Positions 48,101-60,100 of a stretch of 64,000 bases of DNA are shown one piece after another. Under the pieces are notes generated by a model that did not search any database, was not told the DNA's origin, and saw only the letters and a list, made by a program, of their open reading frames with translations. Made by a program: the position numbers and the translations under genes. Origin of the DNA: Podarcis gaigeae (lineage: Eukaryota); NCBI GenBank assembly GCA_964106915.2, contig OZ066925.1, one strand, 5' to 3'. The stretch's first letter is position 1; the number at the start of each line of letters is the position of its first letter.

Positions 48101-51100
48101 AAGACGGGAAATCGCATGTGGTGTTTCAGTCACTCGTGTTCATATGATGAGTCAGGACCCACAGCAGTCACCACCTGACTTTAAGTGTGTTGCAGCAGCC
48201 CTGCTAGCACTATTTTTTGTTTAGGGTATTTTTTTGGAAGAGTAGGAAACAGGGCAAGAATTAAAATGGATGCATAGTTTAAAAACACATTCAGGCTAAA
48301 GGTAGGTTCTGATAATCAAACTGCTGAAGGCTACTGACCTAGCTTGCATACATGCTGACAGTTTCATTTAGTTAAGAATATCAAGTAATAGCTGCTGTTG
48401 CCATTTGATGAATGTAATATATATACTTGTCCTAAGGCTTGTCTCACTACAAGCATTCAGGGATTTGTGGTAAAAGAGCAATCATGTATGTAAGGTTTCT
48501 TACTAATTTCACCCTCATAGCATTCCTTTAGATCATATTAAACTACAAATGCCACACTATGTATCTCCTTTTTTTGTTTTCAGGAGCATCCATCACTTGG
48601 CCAGCTTTCTGAAAAACTCATAGACAACAACATTAATGTAATTTTTGCAGTCCAAGGGAGCCAATTTCACTGGTATAAGGTATTTTTAAACACCAGAATT
48701 TCACAAGTTTTAAGATAATAATCACAGATGCCTTTTAACTGTAACACTGTTTTTCTGTAGGACCTTTTGCCTCTTCTGCCAGGAACTACTGCAAGACAGA
48801 TAGAATCTCAAGCAGTGAATCTCAGTGACCTGGTGGTAGAAGCCTACAAGGTATATGCTTTGTGATGAATGCTTTTTTCATTGATGTTGGTTTGGGGGAA
48901 GCAGCTGTTAAAATAAATATTCTGTGAGCTCCAGGTACAGGTGTAATATAGCAAGATAGTCAAGGAGTGCCTGCATACCTATAAATATATATAACACTGT
49001 TCTCATATAATATTACATAGAACAGTAAAATATTATGGAGAAAACTATGAGATCTGTTAAAACCAATACCACAGTGTAAAATAATTATGGCCTAAGGTTA
49101 AACTTTTCTAGGATAAACACTCTCCTAATCTTTATTATAATTATAATCTTTGAGGAATAAGAAGGAATACATTGCTAGGAAATATTGATGATTATGATAA
49201 TAATACAGAGACGCAAAGAACAAGCAGTCCATAAGAACACTGGAGGTCAATAGCAAAGCAGCCAATCACCAGAATTCAAAGCTAAAGGCCCGTAGGGAAG
49301 GGCCGTAGCTTGGTGGTGGAACATCTGCTTTGCATGCAGAAGGTTCTGGGTTCAGTACCTGGCATCCTCAGGTAGGGTCTTCTGCCTGTAGCCCAGGAGA
49401 GCTGCTGCTTAGGCAGTACTGAGCTAGATAGCCCAGTGGTTTGAGGCAGCTTCCTGTGTTCTAAACTCCCCTCTCCTCCTTCCTTTAGGTTAATAATAAC
49501 TATCTAATCTACAAAATGTCGCAAAGTCCCATTCTACCAAATTTGCTGTGGTGAGGTCTGTGGTTGGTTCCAGGAGGATTCCTAAACAAAAACAACTGTC
49601 CACAGAGAGTAGAATGAAGCAAAAAGAAAAGAAACCAGAAAAAAGCGAGCCTCTGTCAAGCTTGGGTCAGAAGGAAATAAAAATCTTCCTTTACTAGCAG
49701 CACATAGCTTTACCCAAGAAAATCACTTAAGAGTGGAAACTAAAGGCAAACTGCCAAAAAAAGCCCATATACCTTCTCTTTACTTCTGAGGAAAATCAAG
49801 CTAGTGTACAGTTATCAAGAAAATATGCCACTAGTACAGGGTGAGAAAGATCGGGGGCGGGGAATAGCCAGTGTGGTGCCTTCAATATGTTGTTGGACTA
49901 CAGCTTCCTTCAATCCCAGCCAGTATAGCTAATGGTCAGGGTAGATGGGAGATGTAGTCTAACGACATCTAGGGGTACCATGTTGATGACTTTCTGTACT
50001 AGAAATGTTCCCATGCACCAATTGGATATACAATATATCTTCACTGTTTCTCACTGAAATTAGTTGTAGCAATCAAATTGATTTATATCTGCTTTGTAAC
50101 TAACCTTGCTTTCATGTTCCATTTTTAATTGGGGCAAATGGCAAGGAGATGCATTCTCGGAAGGAGATGTCATCTCTCCAAAGCCATAATTTAGATAATG
50201 AGAAGACCCAGCAAAAATGACACCAATTAGAGCTGCGTCTAAACATCCCAAATTAAAAATCTGCTTAAGGTCTCAGCATTTAAAATTCTACATCCCTACT
50301 TAAAAATAGGCAAATGGTATATAAAAGAGAGAGTGATGAACTAAAAAGAGAAACTTTATGTTGTGTTTGTGAAATTTCTTCCATTGCAGTTCACCTGAAC
50401 TGAACTATTGTAATTAAAAAATATCAGCTGCCTATATTTGATTGATGATGTGTCCAAGATACCTCTGAATTTCTCTGTAGTTTCAATTTTTAATTGGGAG
50501 TTTACCAAACAGGTGTCATAAAAAAGTTATGAGCTCATGGCATTTCTACAGATTTTTTTTTTTTTTGGGGGGGGGGGGGGTAACACTTATCAGTTTAATT
50601 GGTCTTGCTCTGCTAAGGACACAATCAACAGAAATCCAGGCAACCTTGCATCTATGCCAAAACATGAGAACAGCTTCTTTTGCTCTCAGTTTCAAAACAG
50701 AAAACAGTTAATGGCTTCATCACAATTCAAAGTTCCAACATTTTAGCTTAAAAAAAACCCATATCTCACCTTTCCCCCAGTACATCTTTGGTTCCAACAT
50801 CAGGATGGCACTTACATGATGCACATTTGCTTGTGATAAGATGGCACTGTGAGCTTGCCCAGAAAGGAATCTCATTTTCATTAAATCTGATGGGTTTTTA
50901 TCTGTATTCTAATTTTTCATAGAATTGTAGAGTTGAAAGGGACTGTGAGGGTCATCTAGTCCAACCCTCTGCAATGCAGGAATCTTTTGCCCAACGTGGG
51001 GCTCGAACCCACAGCCCTGAGATTAAGAGTCTCATGCTCTACCAACTGAGCTATTAACATACTTAGTGTTCTGAGAGGCAGTGAGCACATTCAGAATATT

Positions 51101-54100
51101 CATTTGGTGCAGCCCTATACCAATTAAGATTGCGTGGAGGGATTGCTTATTTGATTTTGTGTGTGTGTACATGAATAGATACTCCGTAAGCTTCGAGGAT
51201 AATCCCTGGATTTAGAAAAGTATCACATCATGCAGGGAGAGAGGCTTCAAACATTGTGTTTAAACCAAACCACTCCATGCCCCCAGCAAGTGTAGAGATG
51301 CTAGCAGCTACACACTGCCATGGCAGCCTTCTTGCCACAGCAAACAAGGGATTTGCTTGTCTCTTTCTCGTTTTGCTCTGTGATTAGCATTGCCAACAAA
51401 GAAGACAGCTTGCACAGAGTCTCGTGCTCATTCTAGCAAGGATAAGAAAGGTCGGTGCCACAAAAGCAAGGGGCATCATTCTCCATGATGGATGGATAGG
51501 GAGAGGGACATCTGGAAGTAGGTATTCCAGGTGCTAACAGCAGCAGTATTTTGAAAACCAGTGTCCACTCAGTAGACATAGAACGGAATAAAGATGTTAT
51601 TGTGTGAACTTGCCCTATAGCGGTAGAACGGAATGCTGGATTTGTCACTGACATTGTAAGATTAGCTGGAAACCCCAACATTGCTGTCCTCCTCCTCCTC
51701 TTCAGGATTACAAGTTCCCCTGGCATGACTGTGTGATATATATAAATGGAGTCTTTATGCAGAAAACAATTTATTCCTTTATCCAGAGACAGACAGGCTC
51801 TTTTGTTCTAGTTAAATCCACTGAGTCAGGCATGCTGCCACTGTAGCACATACTGCCATGCAATGTGATGGAGCTCTCTTGTTTTTTTGGTTTCCCCACC
51901 CCCATCCCTGCAGAAGCTGCTCTCTGAAGTGAAAATTCAGGTGGAAAACCCCATCCAAGATATAAATGTCAAGGTCACTGCAATCTGCCCTGATGGAAGT
52001 AGAAAAACCGGCGCGGAGGGATGCAAAAACGTGAAATCCACAGCTGAAGTACGAGCATTCCTTTATTCACAAAGGAGGCAAAATATTTCATCAATGTTTT
52101 TATAATAGCTTTTTCAGTGGAAGAAAGATTTGGTATGGGTTTTAAAGTAAATATCTGTGGGTCGTAGTCTTAGGCCCTCCAGATTGTTTATGGAGTTTAT
52201 TTCTTCGGAGCTTTGTTTTCCAGTTAAATCCATGGATAAACATTTCTGCTCCATGGTTAGCAGTAAGCAGCTGCTTTTTCAAATTTCCCCAGGCTTCCAG
52301 GAATGAGACATTGTGCCTGCTTGAAGGTTTTGATCCTAGAGCTAATCAATTAAAGTACCTTTTAAATAACTGGTGTGAAGGCATGCAGTTATTTTAAAGC
52401 TGTGCCCTGAGGTTTTTGCTTCATTTCCTAAACCATTCAGAGTTCCTGATAGATGGTCATCAGAGTCATCTTTATTATTCCAGCACACATTTTTGTCCAT
52501 GGCTAATGCTCTAGGGGTGCTGTGAGTTGTACCCCTAGCTTCTTCATTTATATACTCCTCTGTGTATGTAAGGCTCTTCGGGTAAAACAGATAAGCATTT
52601 TCAGATTGTGAAGCTGACGTGTAAGCCACATTTCATATTTGCAGTGGATGAGTAGACTGGGGCATTAAAAGCATCACCAAAAGCAGTAGCTTGCCCACAG
52701 TTAAGAAGAGAAGAAGAGTTTGGATTTGATATCCCGCCTTTCACTCCCCTTCAGGAGTCTCAAAGCGGCTAACAACCTCCTTTCCCTTCCTCCCCCACAA
52801 CAAACACTCTGTGAGGTGAGTGGGGCTGAGAGACTTCACAGAAGTGTGACTGGCCAGGTCACCCAGCAGCTGCATGTGGAGGAGCGGAGACACGAACCCG
52901 GTTCCCCAGATTATGTGACTGCCGCTCTTAACCACTACACCACACTGGCTCCCGCCATTTAAGGAGACCAACTGTGCAGTGTGTTTTTTTCCTTTAGCCC
53001 TTGCAGCTTCCATTCTCACAGAGGCAAGCCGCTTTTTCAACTGAGTACAGTGGTGCCTTGGGTTAAGAACTTAATTCGTTCCGGAGGTCCATTCTTAATC
53101 TGAAACAGTTCTTAACCTGAGGTACCACTTTAGCTAATGGGGCCTCTCGCTGCCACTGCACCGCTGGCGCATGATTTCTGTTCTCATCCTGAGGTAAAGT
53201 TCTTAACCCGAGGTACTATTTCTGGGTTAGCAGAGTCTGTAACCTGAAGCGTTTGTAACCCAAGGTACCACTGTAGTAGTTTGTGGCAGCTGCTACACAG
53301 AGAAACATTTAAAAAAAACACTGTACTAGTGGCCCGTAAAGTTCTGCTTGCATGCAAATTACTTTTTGTTGATGGCCTCAGAATGCAGCATGCCAATTCA
53401 GGGAGCACCGATGCAGGAAGATCACATATAACTGCTTGAGTGATTAAGTTTTTTCATTGCTGTGCTTGTTGCTATTAATGACGATCATTTATATGGGACC
53501 ATCTATGACAGCATACACATTGCGTCCAAAGCTTTTGGGCAAATATCACATTGAAGGTAGTCCTAAGAGAGGAAAGAGATCCAGCTAGTGCTTGTTGGTT
53601 TTAAATTATGGTTAATTCTAATAGGCCACCCTGTCTCATTCAGGATGATATCCGAAAACAATTCAGAGAGAGGGAGGGAGAGAATGGTGACAGGTGTTCT
53701 TTCCCCCACCCCACTAAGAAGTCAATGTTTTAAAAAGAATATATGCTTATAAATAACTTGCATTTTTCAACAGCTTCTATAAAGCCCCAGTACGATTATA
53801 GGGCTGCTTTTCGACGATACAGTAAAAGAGTGCTTCTCATTTTTTATATTGCAGGTGCTCTTCAATATTTCCATTGCCATGAAAGGATGTGGTACAACCG
53901 AAGGAAGAAAATACATGACTCTCAAACCGCTTGGTTTCAATGAATCAACCAGAGTTAATATACACAAAATATGTGCTTGCCAGTGTGAGGGCAGCATAAA
54001 GCACAAAAGGATATGTGTTGATGAAACATCTCAGGATGCAGAGACTCCGAGCTCCAGCGACAAATTCTCTTCTGAGCAGTGCAAGATGCCCAAGGGTCAC

Positions 54101-57100
54101 CTAGTCTGCAGTGGTCAAGGAGACTGTGTAGATGGGAAATGCATTTGCCACAAAACCAAACTTGGCACAATATATGGTAAATACTGTGAAAAAGATGACT
54201 TTTCCTGCCCTCATCACCTGGGAAACTTATGTGCTGGTAAGCTCCAGAATTTCACTATATTTTACCACTTCAGCTTTTAGTCTTTTTCAGCTAAACCCAT
54301 TTTCCAGAGAGCCAGCTCCTTCAAACCTAGCAGGGCCTCTAACATGCACAGGATTTTGCTGTTAAGTAGATTTGTAGCTTGCTTTAACCCTAAGCCCAAA
54401 CTAAGTCACACTATTGCTAGGTAACACCATGTACCTACAACAGAATCAATATCTATAGTTCCTCACAAAGTTACATCTGCAGAAACAAACAAATGTATGG
54501 CCTCAAGAAGCTTACAATATAAAATACACAAGGGGTGATGTGAGGGGAGGGGGGACCAGCAAGGAAAGGGAAAGAAGAGGTGGCAGAAGCGCAGCTGTGG
54601 GCAAGTTCAGATATACGTACTTAAAACTTTGTTGCTGGTGGGATTGAAGCGGATAAGTCAAAAACCACACCCGAAGAAGGAGAGATTTAAAGGAAAGGGT
54701 ATTTGTTCATCCAGTCTGGAGAGAGCTCCACACATCAGGGACAGCGACAGTGAATGGATGGACTCATTTTAAGAATCCAGGAAAACTTTGGATTGGTTAA
54801 ACGTATGATGAGTCTGGAATGAGCTGGCTAACTTGCTTCTCTGAGATGGTGCCAAATAGTCTTATGCTGCACAGTGCCCTTGACACAAGAGCTTTCTCTT
54901 TCTGCTGGGGAATCCCCCCCAAAAGAGCATGCACACCAGATTTATTTATTTACATACATTTGATGCAAATTACTGACACTAAGGCAACTCAGCTTCTTTT
55001 TGCTTCCATTTTCAGGAGAGCTTGCTAGTCGCCAAAATATTTAGCAGTGTGCAGAAAAGAAAAGAAAACAAGGTTGCTCACCGGTAGCTATTGTTCTTCG
55101 GCAATTTATTCACACGCAGTCCCATCCTTTGGGAATCCACTCCCAGGTTAAAATCTGGCAATGGGAATCTTAAGGAGGGAAATAATGTCGCCTCGGGTGT
55201 GCCCAAAACAACCAAAGGTTAGGATAGTTCCCTCCAACTTGAAGATATGCCTTTTGATGACTTTCCTGCCATGCGAACTCCCATTTGCATGTGGATTCCT
55301 TTCCAAGGGCAATAGTTTCAAGTAAGCAACCTCATTATTTTCCCCAATGGCTTTTGAGCCTCATTATTTTCCCCAATGGCTTGTGAAGTAGGTTAGTAAG
55401 TGAAGCTGGGAGTTGATAACTTGCCCTGGGCCACCTAGGGAACTTCATGGCTAAGTTTTTCTTCAGTTCTAGTCTACTGTCAGGTGTTCTTTGCATCAGC
55501 TATGCCCATCACATGAAGAGCGGCCATGCTTGCTGGCCCAACCATTGTGTCCTTGCTACACCACACACACACCCTCCATGCATTGTGCAGAAGTGTGGTG
55601 ATCCTTCTCTACATGGTTGGTTCCCCTTGTGGTGTAGAACCCCACACAAATGTTAACCGCAATGCCTAAGAAATAGTTGGTTTTGTACTGCATACTTCAG
55701 GGGTGGAGAACCAGATGTTGCTGGATCTGAGAGCATCTAATGATAACTGCTGGCATATGTAGTTTAACAACTATCACTTCTTCGCAGTTTTGGTGCATTT
55801 ATGGCACCAAAACTCTACTGAAAAGCAACCAATTTTTTTTAAAGAGCTCTCAGTTTTAACCCGCATACCTTTCTTAAGCAATTTTTAAAAAAATGGAACA
55901 CATTAATTGTACACCTCATCTTCCCACCCTGATATTCTCAGGCAGATCAATTATCTGTTTTCCATCTCTTAAGCCTCTTGAGTAACGCTTAACCACAGTT
56001 TCACTAAGAAGCAAAATATGTTACCATCTTCTTTAAACCAATAATCACTTAAAGGTATAATAATTTTTCAGAAGCTGTGATCAGTAAGGCTCAGTGCAGG
56101 AAACCTTGAAGCCCCTCTCTAGTGAGTCATGTACCCAGGGCCTCACCCATTCCTTCTCTGCCCTTGTAGGCAACGGTGAATGCGAAGCAGGCAAATGCAA
56201 ATGCTCTAGTGGCTGGGAGGGCGATCGTTGCCAGTGCTCATCATCCTTACGAAAGCACTGCATGAATTCAAATGGCCAGGTCTGCAGTGGAAGAGGAACT
56301 TGTGTGTGTGGAAGATGCAAATGCACCGATCCCAGCAGTTTGGGCCATTTGTGTGAATTCTGCCCTACTTGTAGAATAACTTGCAGTGACAAACGGTATG
56401 TTTCCTCAGATCAAATTATTATTTGTCCTTTTTTTTTTAATTACAGTCTGCTAAAGCAGGTACGGACAATATATACTGTACATTCCTACTGGCACTTCTT
56501 TTACTGCTGCGTTGTGGCGTCTTACCAATGGACTGGTGATTCCAAGGAATAAAAGCCACAGCATTGATCCATCTTCTACAAAGTGATGGTCTTACCATTT
56601 CCAGGATACTCGATAGGTTGATCACTTTGGGCTGACCCTCATGAGTTACTGACACACATTATGTCCCATACAAAAGGCCTTAATCGAGGCTTTTTAAGGG
56701 CTAAGGACTTCCCCTGTTGTTTGGCTTGCAATGGAAATTAAGGTTGCCCAAACTTTTTACTAATCAGTGCCATCTTGTGGAAGCTGAGTACATTAATTGC
56801 TCTTCATCCTGCCCACCCCTCACATCCCAACCTTCCAGTGAGGGTTAAGTTAATGTCATGGCCCCTCACGGAGTGTGTTTTGTGCTTCTTTGTTATTGCC
56901 TGAGAATCCTGAACCCTCTTGCTTTGGGCCAAAAGGCTTTGTACAATGTGCTAGGCCACACTCGCCGTGAAGTTGACAAGCTGACATCCCATTCTGTGAC
57001 TCCCTGTTGACTCAGGCTATTCATGACTAGAAAGCAACACTCGAATGCTAGTGCTGACACAGGGAAGTGTGGCCTTTCTGTCTCTTCCTGCACCTCTCTT

Positions 57101-60100
57101 GAGCAACTGCAATTGTTCTTAAGCTGCAGATCCCAGAATTCCCCAGAGGCAAAGAATACGGTTGGAAAGGCAATTGTTGGGATACAAGTTGTTGTTGTTT
57201 CTCAGGGGAAAGTCTTGGTGGGCAGGATGTGGTCAATCAGCTTTAATTTACCAATCTCTGTCCTGCATTATCGGTCTGAGAAGTAGTGAAAGACTGGTTA
57301 AAATGGACCTTCTGGAACTTTTTCTCGTTCTGAAAAGCTCATTGCTAGCTGAGTTCTTAAGGATGCCGATAAGTATTATTTTAAATCCCAGTCATTCAAC
57401 TACATGTACTGAAGGCTGGAATTTTATTATGTGGTTGAAATTCTGAGGTTTTCTTATATCTGGTTTTTGTGTGTGCACAAATCTGTATTATTTTTGCTTT
57501 AATAATAACTGATTTTCAAGATTGCTGTTTTTATTTGTTGTAAGCTGCTTTAGAAGGCTTTGCCTAGAACAGCAGCATGTAAGTCTTTTGAAAGAAAGAC
57601 TAGTTAGATGGCAGCTTGTGTATCATTTTTGATACCTGGTCATCTTCTCTCTTAAGCAATCTTGAATGGGGGCATGCTGTACTGTCGCTGTTGCTAGTAA
57701 AAACATGAAACAAAATGCTGAGTTTATTGATCCCTGGTTTTACTTCATAGTCATGGGTAATCCAGAGAGAAAGATAGATATTCAATTGCGTTTTGGTTTA
57801 CAGGAGTTGTGTGCCCTGTCGTCACTCCAACTCGTCTCAAATTGCGCTGGACCAGTGCAAAACCTCATGTGCTTACAGGTTGCATTATACTGAAAAATCT
57901 TCAGGTAAGTGAAAAACAAAATCATCAGTATCAGATTGCCTACAGTTGCCTTGGTGACATAGCGAAGAGACTGGCTTTTATGGATTGTAGCTCAAAAGAA
58001 CACTACTGATATGGGGGTTGTTGTTGTTTTTACAATAGAAGGCATTCCTTATTCTAGCTAGTATTAATATTTTCACACAATAATTAAGGCAAATCTCTTT
58101 TCTCTTGAGAACGTAAAACCTAAATAACAGAAAATGTGGTTGGCTGGTGTTGGCTAAATGTCAAGGTCGGGCATTTCTAGGCCTTTGAGAAATTAATTCT
58201 GCTAATGACAAAACCAGACACAGTAATACAGGAAGGAATATTTCTATAAGCCTATTATTTCACACTCCGCTTCTCCATATACAGCTACTCTTATTCCACA
58301 TTATGAGGCACGAACAGTTGAAGTAAAATGTGCAGTTGAGTCTAAGGTTTTTAATGCATATCCCACCCCTCCTATTATCTTGGGAACTGTAGTTGACCCC
58401 TCATTGAGTTACAATACCCTGCACCTGTACAAACTTGTTTCCTGGATTCTTGCGGGGGAGGGGGGCTAGGCTTGAAATCTATGGCATGTATGCAGCCTAG
58501 CTCTATAAACTTAAGAAACCCTCTCATTCCATATAAACTCCCCCAGAATTAAGATCATGTCCCTGATCTCTTAAAAGTACAGACACTACCAAAGGTGGGG
58601 CTCTGATCCCTAGAAAAACAGAGGCAGCTTGGTGGTGGCTCCATATAGCACTGCAGGCAGAGAAAACTGCACTGCATCCTCCAGCAAATTAACCAGGAGA
58701 GCTCTTTTAATCTGTCCAGAATTTCCTGACTCCCACTGGGGGGGAAGGACCTCTAGAACAGGGGTCAGCAAGGTTTACCTCGCCTGAAGGAAAGTGGACC
58801 GGCCCCCTGCTGAAAAAGTTTGCTGACCCCGCTCTAGAACCTTTGAAGACCTGCTGTGACCAACTGGCTACACATTTTGAAGATATAAACATTCAACTTC
58901 AGAGAGAGATAATGATGGTGGTTTTTAGTGGATGGTGGTTTTCAGCTGCGTTTTACCTTCAGTTATTTGTGCACTGCTTGGGGAATAAAATCTAGATAAA
59001 TAAATCATAACTTGATGCATTTTGCTAACTGCAGCAATACTGAGATCAGTAGTGTAACTATAGATCTGCCTAACATGTACCGTATTTTTTGCCCTATAGG
59101 ACACACTTTTTCCCCTCCAAAAATGAAGGGGAAATGTGTGTGCGTCTTATGGGGTGAATGCAGGCTTCAGGAAGCCATCCGCAAGCCTCATGCGCCCGGC
59201 GGGAGGTCCCACTGGGCGCGCAAGGTTTGCGGGCAGCGGTCTGCAGCCCGAAGCATGGGGTGCGCTGCGGAGCACGCCCCGTGCTTCGGGCAGATGTCCG
59301 CAAGCCTCGTGCGCCCGGCGGGAGGTCCCGCCGGGCTCGCTAGGCTTGCAGGCAGCAGCCTGTTCTGGGGGCTGGGGTCGGGGGAAGCTCAGGCTTCCCC
59401 CGCGCCAGCCCTGCGCCTGAGGGGGAAATAAACTTTTTTTTCTCTATTTCCCCCCCCCCAAAAAAAAATCTAGGTGCGTCCTATGGGGCGGTGCATCCTA
59501 CGGGGCGAAAAATACGGTACATTCCTTGTTTTGGATAATGCTTTTTAAGAACAGGGTGCCTTTTTGTATATATCAGAATAAATATGTCATTTATTATATT
59601 ATTCAACAAAAGTACAATTATAAATTACTTTATCGTATTAGGGTTGGGCTTTATCTTTTAGGTTTATTGCGTGGACCTTTTTGGGGGGACAGTGTGAATT
59701 TTACTACCTCTTCTTTTTGCAGAATGCACAGCCGATGATCCAAGCCACTTCAGAATCTTTTTCATAATTTTTATAGTTACATTTCTGATTGGGTTGCTTA
59801 ACGTGCTTATAATCCGACAAATAATTCTTCAGTGGAGTAATAACAAAATTAAATCTTCATCTGATTATAGAATATCTGCGACTAAAAAGGTAACTGATGT
59901 CACTGATCCATAATGATTTTTTTTTAAAAAAAGGAATGCTAGTTGTGTGGAACTTTCTGACCATTTATATTCTCTTCTCCTTTAAGGATAAAATGTTCTT
60001 GCCCACTGTTTGTACAAAAACCGTAACCTACAGACGTGATAAGCCTGAAGAAATCAACATCAGCAAGTTACAAGTAAATGAAACTTTCAAATGTAACTCC

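Noticed and set aside
48680-48760. In-frame retention of the 81-nt intron 7 as a longer isoform
   Set aside because: The length is a multiple of 3, but it contains in-frame TAA stops.
50985-51053. tRNA-Lys(CTT) gene
   Set aside because: The 5' acceptor-stem strand is missing and the sequence runs straight into a CR1-type tail, so it is a SINE head.
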